Sequence record: KP869112 | Direction: 5' to 3' (one strand) | DNA length: 64,000 bases | Source of the DNA: Escherichia coli O157 typing phage 14 | In this document: piece after piece, positions 55,637-64,000 of the stretch | Position numbering within the stretch: position 1 is the first letter of the stretch | Layout of the letters: each line of letters begins with the position of its first letter | Translations under genes and position numbers: made by a program | The notes under the pieces: generated by a model | What the model was told of the DNA's origin: nothing | Databases searched by the model: none | The model's input: the letters and a program-made list of their open reading frames with translations, nothing else

Positions 55637-56133
55637 TTATTGCGCTCCTTGTAGTAGATATGACTCCCGAATTGAGCTGTCCTCTGCATCTTTTTTGCCC
55701 ATTTCGGTCGTACTTTGGTTGTATGGTAGTGTGTTGCTCCACCTGTTATGTCCATAGCCATGTATGCAACATGGTTGTTATTATAGACCTTTAGAAGCAT
55801 CTTTGCAAGACTTTTAGCGTGATCCCATGAATCTTTTTCTGTCACCTTAAAAGTTTTGCCGTGGTTTGTCCACGAAAACTGGTTAGGTTGGTAGACAATC
55901 TTTCTTATAGTGTCTGGGTATTTGGGGTGAGATTTCCTGTTTAGTGTGGCAAACCCTGATGCCAGCATACCCATCGTGCCATCCCCTCTAGCCTCCCTGT
56001 AGATATTGCATGCCAGAATGTTTTCCTTAGTAGCTGAGGGCTTGCAAGTATGATATACTTTTTGTTTTGGTGCTGCAACAACAGGCAGCGATAAAAATGC
56101 GCTCAAAATAATAGCAAAGATCTTAATTTTCAC
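55633..56133 (-). CDS. secreted cell-wall hydrolase, SleB/Hydrolase_2-like
   Basis: GTG start with GGAG RBS; signal-peptide-like MKIKIFAIILSAFLSLPVVAAP; NIYREARGDG...ATLNR...IVYQPNQFS pattern typical of SleB-family hydrolases. Confidence 0.55.
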   Translation of the reverse strand: MKIKIFAIILSAFLSLPVVAAPKQKVYHTCKPSATKENILACNIYREARGDGTMGMLASGFATLNRKSHPKYPDTIRKIVYQPNQFSWTNHGKTFKVTEKDSWDHAKSLAKMLLKVYNNNHVAYMAMDITGGATHYHTTKVRPKWAKKMQRTAQFGSHIYYKERNK

Positions 56134-56142
56134 AATAACTCC

Positions 56143-56169
56143 AAATAGAAAATCCCCGCCGAAGCGGGG
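56143..56169 (-). terminator. intrinsic terminator (CCCCGC-TTCG-GCGGGG + AUUUUCUAUUU on minus strand)
   Basis: Hairpin and U tract 3' of the 56183 gene. Confidence 0.6.
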
Positions 56170-56182
56170 GAGGTCTTAGAAA

Positions 56183-56563
56183 TTAATCGTAGTGTGCCAA
56201 AATCTCTCCATCGTTGCAAGTTCCCTCTACAAAGTTATGAAGATTCATGCACTCATCTTGATAGAAGAATTTACCGCTTTTCAGCCGTAAGCCAAACAAC
56301 TCCGCATCTCCACGATGGCAAGCCTCTACAAGTTCATAGATTTCATACGGCAACTCTCCGTCGTCATGGAAGAACCCAGCCTTATCGTTGACATAGATGA
56401 AGAAATAATCACTGCTGTCGCAAGCGTCCAATATTTTAAACCAGATTTCATCTACATCTTTTTCTCGGATATCGATCACGCAAGTGGAGCTGCATTCGTA
56501 CTCCTTCTCCGGCTCCTCGGTCAATACCACCAGGTAGTTTCCCCGCTTACCTACTTTAGCCAT
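56183..56563 (-). CDS. hypothetical acidic protein
   Basis: RBS TAAGGAGG. Confidence 0.5.
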   Translation of the reverse strand: MAKVGKRGNYLVVLTEEPEKEYECSSTCVIDIREKDVDEIWFKILDACDSSDYFFIYVNDKAGFFHDDGELPYEIYELVEACHRGDAELFGLRLKSGKFFYQDECMNLHNFVEGTCNDGEILAHYD

Positions 56564-56572
56564 ACAACCTCC

Positions 56573-57757
56573 TTAAGCTTTAGCCAAAATGGCGCTAAAC
56601 TCTTCACCAAACTCTTTTACAATCTTCATCAGGTTTGGGTATGCTTTGATCAGCTGAGCAACGATCTTGTCACGACCTTTACCGATAAGCAAGGCATTTC
56701 CTAAGGCATTAGGTTTCATCATCGCCATAAAGACTGAAAATACAAAATCTCGGTTCTCGTCCTTGAAGTTTTCCCAAAGGAAATCGAGAAAGTTTGCCAC
56801 ACAGCTAACAAGATCTTCGTCGGAGATACTTGCATTTTCCATCATATTACGAATAGCGATGCAACCTTCAGATCCAAGAATCCACAAGATGTCTGGCTGT
56901 TTAGGACCTACGTATTCTTTGCAACCTCCTGCCATAATCCGACCGATTTCCGGTAAGTTGCGTTTCTTGGTGTGGTAAGTCCAGATCTCTACCGCTGCAG
57001 TGTGACCAATAGCACCTTGCAGAAGAACACGGGCCATAGCGTCAGAAATAATACCGCTGTCAAAATCGTGCAAGATATCAGATGCAGCAACCCAAGATCG
57101 CGGTGTGGCAAAAGATGGACAATTAATCTCAGCCATGGCCTCATAATTATCGATAGCTGATGGAACTCTTTTCAGATATCCAATTACAGAGGAGTGCACC
57201 CCATTAAGGAATGCGTAGTCCTCAATAAACACCTCTGCATTGCTTGTAACCTCTACAATGATAAAACGGTTAGCCAGAGGGGCTTCGAGCGCCGAAAGAA
57301 CCGCACCATCTGTAGAACGGTTACCAGCAGCCACAAAAACAGAACCCTTAGGGAATGCATAGGTACCGCACTTGTGGTCAAGCATAATTTGCATTGCAAC
57401 CTTTTGCAGGTAGTTATCTGCATGAGTGAGCTCATCCAGAAAGATAATTCCGCTCCAGTCAGGATCCGCAGGCCAAAATTCTGGAATTGCAAACACTGTA
57501 CGTGTAGTTCCATCCGCTTCTACAGGGATAGGTAGCCCAGATAAGTCGGCAGGATCTTTATCTGACAGTCGCACGTCAACAAGGTTGTCATCTCGCTCAC
57601 CGAACATATTATCAGCGATCTGCTTCATCACCTGGCTTTTACCCACACCCATTGGTCCCAAAATTAGGACAGATCGGCTATGACGTTGGGCAAACTGAAT
57701 AATAGCTGGCAACTCACGGACAGTGATTTGACCACTTTCGAATACGTTTCTTGACAT
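56573..57757 (-). CDS. MoxR-like AAA+ ATPase
   Basis: Walker A GPMGVGKS, Walker B IIFLDELTHAD, single AAA module of ~390 aa; RBS GTAGAGGA. Confidence 0.7.
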   Translation of the reverse strand: MSRNVFESGQITVRELPAIIQFAQRHSRSVLILGPMGVGKSQVMKQIADNMFGERDDNLVDVRLSDKDPADLSGLPIPVEADGTTRTVFAIPEFWPADPDWSGIIFLDELTHADNYLQKVAMQIMLDHKCGTYAFPKGSVFVAAGNRSTDGAVLSALEAPLANRFIIVEVTSNAEVFIEDYAFLNGVHSSVIGYLKRVPSAIDNYEAMAEINCPSFATPRSWVAASDILHDFDSGIISDAMARVLLQGAIGHTAAVEIWTYHTKKRNLPEIGRIMAGGCKEYVGPKQPDILWILGSEGCIAIRNMMENASISDEDLVSCVANFLDFLWENFKDENRDFVFSVFMAMMKPNALGNALLIGKGRDKIVAQLIKAYPNLMKIVKEFGEEFSAILAKA

Positions 57758-58026
57758 TAGTAAAAGTCCTCTACTTGTGTGTAAGTGTTTTCAAAGTTTT
57801 CCAAAACAGATATCACATCGGATCTGTCAATATCATACGTGACTCTCCAGTTGTACGCAACCCTTTCTGCTGTTGCCTCTTCTGGCGCTAGTCGTCTGCT
57901 GGCATAAAAGAGTGTTGGAGTACACTTTCTTGCTTGCCCTCTAACTTTCCCATAATAATATCTGTGAATATCTTTGTCAAAATTTAACTCTTTTTCTGCA
58001 CGAAGTTCATATTGCTGGTATAACAT
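57757..58026 (-). CDS. hypothetical protein
   Basis: RBS TAAGGAG. Confidence 0.5.
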   Translation of the reverse strand: MLYQQYELRAEKELNFDKDIHRYYYGKVRGQARKCTPTLFYASRRLAPEEATAERVAYNWRVTYDIDRSDVISVLENFENTYTQVEDFY

Positions 58027-58070
58027 CTCTACTACTCCTTAAGCAGCATCCTTGCCGCCATTCCTGCCCA

Positions 58071-58451
58071 CTAAAATGCAGTCCGAATCCAGACAAGGTT
58101 CTTATCTGCCCAATCATAGAGGCAAGTCATTGCACTATTGAATTGCTCACACGGAGGATAATCTTCTTCCATCTGACGCATAGCAGAGCCTTGTGGGTAA
58201 AGCTCCCGTGCTGCAAACCACGCGTCGTAGTCATCAACGGTGTCGAAGTAGTATACAACATCCTCCAACTCAGGATCGAACTTTGAACTATCAGGATCCA
58301 GTTGTTCAGGGAACTTGGAGCGTAACTTGCCAGCCACAATACTTGCCAACTCGCTAACATGCTTATTGTCCCACTCCACTAGCTTCCCGTCTTCAGTGAT
58401 GCGTCCTAACCACTGATCATGAAGGTCAACTGTTGTCTTCCACAGGGCCAT
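58071..58451 (-). CDS. hypothetical protein
   Basis: RBS GAAGAGGTGG. Confidence 0.5.
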   Translation of the reverse strand: MALWKTTVDLHDQWLGRITEDGKLVEWDNKHVSELASIVAGKLRSKFPEQLDPDSSKFDPELEDVVYYFDTVDDYDAWFAARELYPQGSAMRQMEEDYPPCEQFNSAMTCLYDWADKNLVWIRTAF

Positions 58452-58453
58452 TA

Positions 58454-58711
58454 TCAGTCCACCTCTTCTTCTCGTTGTAGTTCAAGATACCCGTAGGTCT
58501 GGACATCTTCAAGGGTGTGGAACTCCCCATCTGCCGCTAATGCACGAACAACTTGGCACAAAACCTTATGAGGAACTTCATCCAGACCAAGATTCAGTGC
58601 AGGGAACACCTTATCTAAGTCAACAAAATAAATGAACTGTAGCTCACCAGCTTCAAAAGGTGTATCTTCAATAAACATCTTCTCGGCATTAGTCAAGATC
58701 TGCACTTTCAT
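58454..58711 (-). CDS. hypothetical acidic protein
   Basis: Start overlaps upstream stop. Confidence 0.5.
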   Translation of the reverse strand: MKVQILTNAEKMFIEDTPFEAGELQFIYFVDLDKVFPALNLGLDEVPHKVLCQVVRALAADGEFHTLEDVQTYGYLELQREEEVD

Positions 58712-59067
58712 TATTCTACCTCCTCTTCTTTTTCTTCGGCATTAGTTTCATGGCTACCCCACTCTGGAGTTTCCACCTCGATAGTAAACTCACGCACTAC
58801 ACGGTAATTGCCCATGAAGCGCTCCACTTCGTCAAGGCTTATGGAGAAGCCATTGGCAACCAGGTCTGCAGCACCCTCTTCTACCAGGTAGTCCAGATTG
58901 GCTTCCAGAGCTTCAGGTTCAAACCCTGTCAATGCAATCAGATAACCTTTCCCTTCATCAGGGAGGACAATACAGCCCAACTGATTTTCTTTAAAAAGGC
59001 AGTGACCATCATTATTGATTGGGTGTTCATTGCAGTAAATAGCTGCACGATAAGTAACTTTAGACAT
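58711..59067 (-). CDS. hypothetical acidic protein
   Basis: ATG with TAAGGAGA RBS; ORF-track start 59088 has no RBS. Confidence 0.5.
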   Translation of the reverse strand: MSKVTYRAAIYCNEHPINNDGHCLFKENQLGCIVLPDEGKGYLIALTGFEPEALEANLDYLVEEGAADLVANGFSISLDEVERFMGNYRVVREFTIEVETPEWGSHETNAEEKEEEVE

Positions 59068-59080
59068 CGGTAAGGTCTCC

Positions 59081-59353
59081 TTAGGCAATTGTCATTTTAC
59101 ATTCTTGAAATTTTAACACAAGACGGTGATTGTGTCTAGTGTCTAAAAAGATTTTTTCAACCATCAGGTACACGGTATAACCGTCCATCTTGTTGACAAC
59201 AAAATCTCCAGGGTAAGGGAGAGTGTCCCCTGGGCTGGGAAAACATAACCCGCTCAGAAAGGCATCGTCAGTGGTGGACTTAATAGATTTCCACACACTG
59301 TCTGCCTGAACATGCTCACCGACGTAATATACATTACCACATGCCTTCATCAT
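59081..59353 (-). CDS. hypothetical protein
   Basis: ATG with GGGGA RBS. Confidence 0.45.
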   Translation of the reverse strand: MMKACGNVYYVGEHVQADSVWKSIKSTTDDAFLSGLCFPSPGDTLPYPGDFVVNKMDGYTVYLMVEKIFLDTRHNHRLVLKFQECKMTIA

Positions 59354-59355
59354 AG

Positions 59356-60255
59356 TCAAATCCCCGCATAAATTAAACTTGTATCAGTATACTTCTTTAA
59401 CGGGTAAATATCCTGTCCGTAAATGTAGTCATTAAACACCTCATCTACCCAAAGACTGCATTTATACCCCATCATTTCTAAAACGCCCATCTCTTCATCA
59501 GTGAATTTATCACCACTCTTGCAGGATGTCAATACCTCATTTTGTACTCTTGCCAGTTCAAAAATGTTGTTAGCAATGTCACTATTAACGATCAGGTATT
59601 CACCCAAAGGGTGTGCGGCATTAAAGATGCACAGTGGGAGGTTGACGTAATAGTCCCCAGGTGTATAGAAATTGTTGAGGTCCTTCACCAGAACATTCTT
59701 ATCAGTCACTTCATTTATAACATCGTGCATATCGCACATCTTTATATGCTTGAGGATTCCATCTCCCATCACAAAATAAAAACTTGCTGAGATACTCTCG
59801 GCATAGATCTTACTGGACCCGTTGTAGTTGTATTTTACGCGAATACTCACGGGAGTTTTTCCTGTCGCGTTAGCCATCATCCAAAGGAACGGAAGTTCAA
59901 ACTTCTCTTCTGAGGAAACAAAAGGTGAAGTTGCCAGAGATCGGAAACCTCCAGAAAAGTTGAAAGTCACAGAACCGCTCCGGCGGTATGATACCGCGTA
60001 TTCTACTTTTATATCGACATACCCGTTGGAATAGGTGTGTCCTTCATTATCTAAATATGTCCACTTATCAGACCCAGATACCAATCTACGCTCAATAACC
60101 TTCATCACTATAGGAATTAGTGGGTTGGTACAAACCGCTTTTGAAGTAGCTTTAGCATCTAAAGCCTCGTAAATTGCAGAAAGGATGTCTCCAGCTGAGA
60201 GATTGGTTGTTATATCCTGTTGCCACCGAGTACTAAAACTGTTAAGATTTGCCAT
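59356..60255 (-). CDS. hypothetical protein
   Basis: RBS TAGGAG. Confidence 0.5.
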   Translation of the reverse strand: MANLNSFSTRWQQDITTNLSAGDILSAIYEALDAKATSKAVCTNPLIPIVMKVIERRLVSGSDKWTYLDNEGHTYSNGYVDIKVEYAVSYRRSGSVTFNFSGGFRSLATSPFVSSEEKFELPFLWMMANATGKTPVSIRVKYNYNGSSKIYAESISASFYFVMGDGILKHIKMCDMHDVINEVTDKNVLVKDLNNFYTPGDYYVNLPLCIFNAAHPLGEYLIVNSDIANNIFELARVQNEVLTSCKSGDKFTDEEMGVLEMMGYKCSLWVDEVFNDYIYGQDIYPLKKYTDTSLIYAGI

Positions 60256-60319
60256 GAGTGAGTGCTCCTATGTTGGTTTTCTTTTGAATGGGTGCACTAT
60301 ATCGGAGATTTAGAGTAAA

Positions 60320-60342
60320 GTCAACACGTTTTTGATGTTGAC
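60320..60342. promoter_or_regulatory. operator-like inverted repeat GTCAACA-N9-TGTTGAC overlapping promoter -35
   Basis: 7 bp perfect arms in divergent intergenic region. Confidence 0.35.
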
Positions 60343-60366
60343 ATCTGTTGAGACAATTGATACGAT
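60338..60366 (+). promoter_or_regulatory. sigma70-like promoter (TTGACA, 17 nt, TACGAT)
   Basis: Hexamers upstream of 60398 gene. Confidence 0.4.
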
Positions 60367-60397
60367 TTCTTCACTTACAGAGCACGAGAGACAACTC

Positions 60398-61375
60398 ATG
60401 AATCTTGAAAAATATTATACACCAGAAGAGTTAGAGCGCTTGCTCAAAAAATATAGACGCAAACAGAATAACGCACGGAAACGAGATATAGAGTTCGACC
60501 TGTCGTGGGAAGAATACCTCCTATTTGGTAAAAAACTTTTAGGGGAGGGGGTATGCGACTACACCCTTATACCTTTCGACATGCACACAGATGAGAACGG
60601 ACTGGGAAATCCTTTCTACCCATCTTTGGAGCGTATAGATGATGAAGGTCCTTACGCAATTGACAATTGTTGTGTGGTAGGGTTGAGGTGCAATGCTCTG
60701 AAAGACTGTCTGGTAGATAAAAAGACTGCAATCCTGATTAAAGACAAAACTGATCGAAAAATTGTCCAGCAGATGATGCTCCACCTGAGCGAAGAGCGTA
60801 TGGAGAAATTGAAAGGTGATTATACTTTTGAAGATTTCATCTTGCAATACGGGACAGAAGAAGATAAACTAGCACTATTTGACGAAGAGGAAGAAGATAT
60901 GTCACCGATGCAGGATTTTAAAAATTTCATGGCTGATCGTGCAGCCAACAAACACATTTCAGACATCGTAAACGAGACTGTGACAGAAGAAATTGAAGAA
61001 CAGACCTCTGAAGAAGAAAAAGAGCCTCAGGAGGTTGAAGAGGAGATTGCAGAAGAGGTTCCTGCACTGCCTGATGATGTTGAGATTGCTAAGGCTTACA
61101 CTTTCTATTGTCAAACGTTCTACGATGCAGGTATGAAAGTTGATCTGTCGTTCAGCCAATTTAAGAGTTCGTATATTCGCAAATGCTGTGCTTTAACTGG
61201 TGAACGTCTCGGAGCTGGACTTAAACCACTGTTGGTGACCGACTGGAATAAAGGTTTCACTAAAGGAAACTTTATGGTAGTATCTCCAATTATGGAGAAA
61301 GCTATGACAGATCTTATGAAGACCACCCGCATGACAATGACCGAGTTGGCAGGTATTTTCAAACACGTTAAATAA
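60398..61375 (+). CDS. hypothetical acidic protein
   Basis: ATG with GAGAGA RBS downstream of promoter; ORF-track start 60332 would lie upstream of the promoter. Confidence 0.5.
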   Translation: MNLEKYYTPEELERLLKKYRRKQNNARKRDIEFDLSWEEYLLFGKKLLGEGVCDYTLIPFDMHTDENGLGNPFYPSLERIDDEGPYAIDNCCVVGLRCNALKDCLVDKKTAILIKDKTDRKIVQQMMLHLSEERMEKLKGDYTFEDFILQYGTEEDKLALFDEEEEDMSPMQDFKNFMADRAANKHISDIVNETVTEEIEEQTSEEEKEPQEVEEEIAEEVPALPDDVEIAKAYTFYCQTFYDAGMKVDLSFSQFKSSYIRKCCALTGERLGAGLKPLLVTDWNKGFTKGNFMVVSPIMEKAMTDLMKTTRMTMTELAGIFKHVK

Positions 61376-61380
61376 TGACA

Positions 61381-61395
61381 GGGGCCAATGGCCCC
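61381..61395 (+). terminator. hairpin GGGGCC-AAT-GGCCCC followed by TTCTGGAGTTTT (attenuator-like)
   Basis: 6 bp GC stem between 60398 gene and 61409 gene. Confidence 0.3.
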
Positions 61396-61408
61396 TTCTG
61401 GAGTTTTA

Positions 61409-62869
61409 ATGGATAGCAGAAGTTCAGAAATCATTGCCTCACAGAAAGATGATGCCCTGAGAATGTTGCAGGCTGCACGTATGTATCTCCTTGAAAAGCT
61501 GCCGTTTTATGGCACACTACTGTCAGGGTTGCAGTTCGTAGAAAACCACACATGGTGCTCCACCATGGCAACCGACCATAAACGCATCTATTACAGTCCT
61601 GAGTTCATTATGGGATTGGCTGATGAACGCAAGGCTATTCTTAAGGCTTCTCTAACTGACGAGCAGTTTGAGATGGCTGAAGTTTTCTATTCCCCAAAAT
61701 CTGTGAAAGAGGTGGCCTTCCTTCTGTCACATGAGGTGGGACATATTATCTGTGATCACCTGGTCCGTGGTAAAAGCTTTGAGCCGGAACTGTTCAATAT
61801 TGCTTGTGATCACGTTATCAACACAGGTCTTGTGGTTGACTTTAGCAAGCCCCCTTGTGTTTTCTTCCCGAAGGGGAAAAGCACTACGTTCGTGAAAGGT
61901 AAGCCTTTTGGATTCTTAGCCAGCTGCTACTGCGACATGAAGTTTCATGGATGGATTGCTGAGAACGTCTATGCAGTTCTTGATAAGCAAAGAGATCAGA
62001 ATAACGGTAAAAGTAAGAGCGGTAAAGGTGAGAACTCTCAAGGAGATAAGCGACAAACCGATGATCACATGAGTGGTAACGGTGGCACCAGTGATGATCT
62101 TGGAAAGGCTATGGGGTATGATCAGCCACAACCTGTAATCAGTCAATCTGATAAAGATCAGGCCATGCAGGACTCTGGCGATATGCTGGAGGCAGCAATG
62201 CAAGCTTCCGGAGGCCGTTGCCCTGAGGCGGTTCGTGAGTTTGTCAAGAATAGAGGTAAGCCTGTAATCAATTATATAGACATCATCAAGCAACGCATGT
62301 TGTCTAAACGAAAGGCTGAACTGACCTACAGAAAACCTGGTCGCCGATCTGGGTCTTTGACCAGCACAATGCGAAAAGTTGGGGCTATAAACAAGAACCA
62401 GCACGTTATTGTTCCTGGTCGTAATCCGGAAAACACCATAGATATTGTGGTAGCTTTAGACGTTTCTGGCTCGATCTCTCAAAGAACTTTAAAGAAAATG
62501 TTCAATGAAATCACCGGATTGTGCAATCTGTATAAAGAGTTTAAGGTTACAATGTTCTGTTGGTCAACCGAGATTGGAGAGGTCAAAGTATACACTCGCG
62601 GCAACATAGACGAGATGATCAACTATGAGGTCCACTCAACATGGGGCACAACAGCTGCTTGCGTGTTCGAGTATCTGGATGCCAACATACCAAATGCAAA
62701 AGATGTCATCGTCCTGACCGACCTATACTTTGAGCATAACTTTGAACAAAAGGCTGTTGACAACAAGTGGAAAAAGTACGATACTTTATGGGTTCTCACC
62801 GAAGGGTATAATAAAAATTATATCCCGAGCTTTGGGAAAACTGTGGAATTAATCGAGTACGCCAAGTAA
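61409..62869 (+). CDS. VWA-domain protein with N-terminal HExxH metallopeptidase-like region
   Basis: HEVGHIICDH zinc-binding-like motif in N-terminal half; MIDAS motif VVALDVSGSIS in C-terminal half; ATG with GGAG RBS. Confidence 0.65.
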   Translation: MDSRSSEIIASQKDDALRMLQAARMYLLEKLPFYGTLLSGLQFVENHTWCSTMATDHKRIYYSPEFIMGLADERKAILKASLTDEQFEMAEVFYSPKSVKEVAFLLSHEVGHIICDHLVRGKSFEPELFNIACDHVINTGLVVDFSKPPCVFFPKGKSTTFVKGKPFGFLASCYCDMKFHGWIAENVYAVLDKQRDQNNGKSKSGKGENSQGDKRQTDDHMSGNGGTSDDLGKAMGYDQPQPVISQSDKDQAMQDSGDMLEAAMQASGGRCPEAVREFVKNRGKPVINYIDIIKQRMLSKRKAELTYRKPGRRSGSLTSTMRKVGAINKNQHVIVPGRNPENTIDIVVALDVSGSISQRTLKKMFNEITGLCNLYKEFKVTMFCWSTEIGEVKVYTRGNIDEMINYEVHSTWGTTAACVFEYLDANIPNAKDVIVLTDLYFEHNFEQKAVDNKWKKYDTLWVLTEGYNKNYIPSFGKTVELIEYAK

Positions 62870-62884
62870 GAGAGGATGTTATTT

Positions 62885-63142
62885 ATGGCAACAGAGGTAG
62901 TAATCAAAGCTGAACGCCCAGTTAAAAAAGCTATCAACACGTTCCCTGTAGGAACAATTGTGAGCATGATCACAGAGTCAGGCCGTATATCTACACTGCT
63001 GATTGTGAAATCTGCATGTTCTTCTTGTGTGTGGGCTTACGATCTGGACGAGAAAGAACTAAAAGATTTTGTTGGGGAGCTGAAAGCAACCGAGCTCGAT
63101 GCTCGTATCGAAGTATTTGGTGAAACTATGGAGGAGGAGTAA
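62885..63142 (+). CDS. hypothetical protein
   Basis: ATG 9 nt after AGAGAGG. Confidence 0.5.
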   Translation: MATEVVIKAERPVKKAINTFPVGTIVSMITESGRISTLLIVKSACSSCVWAYDLDEKELKDFVGELKATELDARIEVFGETMEEE

Positions 63143-63405
63143 TGACCACGAAAATCACTATTGCAGAACCGAAAGCTAACACGCAACCTATCGAAAAATT
63201 TAAATGTGGTGAGGTGGTAACATTTACACCAGACAATGAAGATGCTAAGATTTTCGCCATGGTCACAGCTGAGTGGATGTGCGACAATACCACACAGGTT
63301 CTGCGTTTTGACACCTATCTTACCGATGAAATCAGGAACGACAAGATCGTGACTGGTGTTGATACTGAGATTGTTTTCTACAAGAGCTTTTTAGAGGGTT
63401 TCTAA
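63142..63405 (+). CDS. hypothetical protein
   Basis: ATGA overlap with upstream gene. Confidence 0.5.
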   Translation: MTTKITIAEPKANTQPIEKFKCGEVVTFTPDNEDAKIFAMVTAEWMCDNTTQVLRFDTYLTDEIRNDKIVTGVDTEIVFYKSFLEGF

Positions 63406-63406
63406 T

Positions 63407-63640
63407 ATGGCGAAAATTCGTAAATTATCCAACAATCAGGTTGTGAAAGACTTTGAATCTGGAGAGATTCTATATGTTCGTGATGCAGATGACGAAGGTG
63501 AAGATCTTGTTATGTTGGTGGGGCACGCTGAGGACGGATGCATCCAAGCTGTTTTTCTTGAAACAGCTATGGTGCACTGGATAGAGCTGGACTTGAAAGC
63601 ACGAAAACCTAAAGCAGAAATCCTGATTTACGAAGATTAA
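63407..63640 (+). CDS. hypothetical acidic protein
   Basis: Tight packing after upstream gene. Confidence 0.5.
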   Translation: MAKIRKLSNNQVVKDFESGEILYVRDADDEGEDLVMLVGHAEDGCIQAVFLETAMVHWIELDLKARKPKAEILIYED

Positions 63641-63655
63641 CAAAAAGGAGATAGC

Positions 63656-64000
63656 CGTGTTGAGCAAGCGTGAATGCGACAGCATTAGCCTGAATTCTTA
63701 TAAGAAACAATGGTTTGGGGTAGAAGTTTGCCGACTGCGGCTAGGCTCCTACCTGAACTTCGTTTATTATGAGAGCGATAGTCGTATCGTTTCTTATGAA
63801 GTGTTCTACACTAAGAACACCTTCGAACTGCGCCGTAAAGTGGAGGGTGGGAGAACTACCCCCCAGAATAATTGGGAAACTATCCTACCTACAGATGTTA
63901 TAGGAAGTCCCCTGAATGTATCTGAAGATGAAAATCTTATGGTTCATGCTATGATGGGACTTGACAGCTTAGAGCTGGCGATCTATGATATGTCCATCGA
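63656..64000 (+). CDS. hypothetical protein, 3' end outside window
   Basis: GTG with AAAAGGAGA RBS; frame open to window end; absent from ORF track because no stop within window. Confidence 0.4.

Noticed and set aside
22982-60255. Integrase, repressor or prophage boundary
   Set aside because: No tyrosine or serine recombinase motifs and no attachment-site-like tRNA fragment were seen; gene content is that of a virulent phage.

Overview
This 64 kb window looks like part of a large virulent dsDNA phage genome infecting a Gram-negative host. It is not T4-like: the DNA polymerase is family A and the primase-helicase is a T7 gp4-like fusion. All calls come from reading the sequence and recalled motifs; no database search was run. 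Layout: (1) 1-20.5 kb, a rightward (+) block holding a nucleotide-metabolism module (nrdA 3' end, nrdB, glutaredoxin-like, nrdD, a homing-endonuclease-like insert, nrdG), PhoH, a ClpP-like protease, a Dam-like methyltransferase, a ribosome hibernation factor homolog, and long arrays of small paralogous acidic proteins with sigma70-like promoters and intrinsic terminators; (2) 20.5-22.9 kb, a gene-free, strand-skewed region dense in direct and inverted repeats; (3) 23-60.3 kb, a leftward (-) block of many small genes followed by a macro-domain protein, an SSB-like protein, DNA polymerase, primase-helicase, a frameshifted methyltransferase, a Dda-like helicase, rIIA/rIIB, a secreted SleB-like hydrolase and a MoxR-type AAA+ ATPase, interrupted at 33.3-34.5 kb by a 1.1 kb non-coding island; (4) 60.3-64 kb, rightward genes again, including a VWA/HExxH protein. 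An assembly gap (N run) lies at 29821-30094. No tRNA, CRISPR array or integrase was recognised. The most interesting signals are a thrice-repeated promoter-associated ~40 bp element (candidate small RNAs), the HPF homolog, the macro-domain gene, the MoxR plus VWA pair, the amplified small-protein families, and the two repeat-rich non-coding regions.
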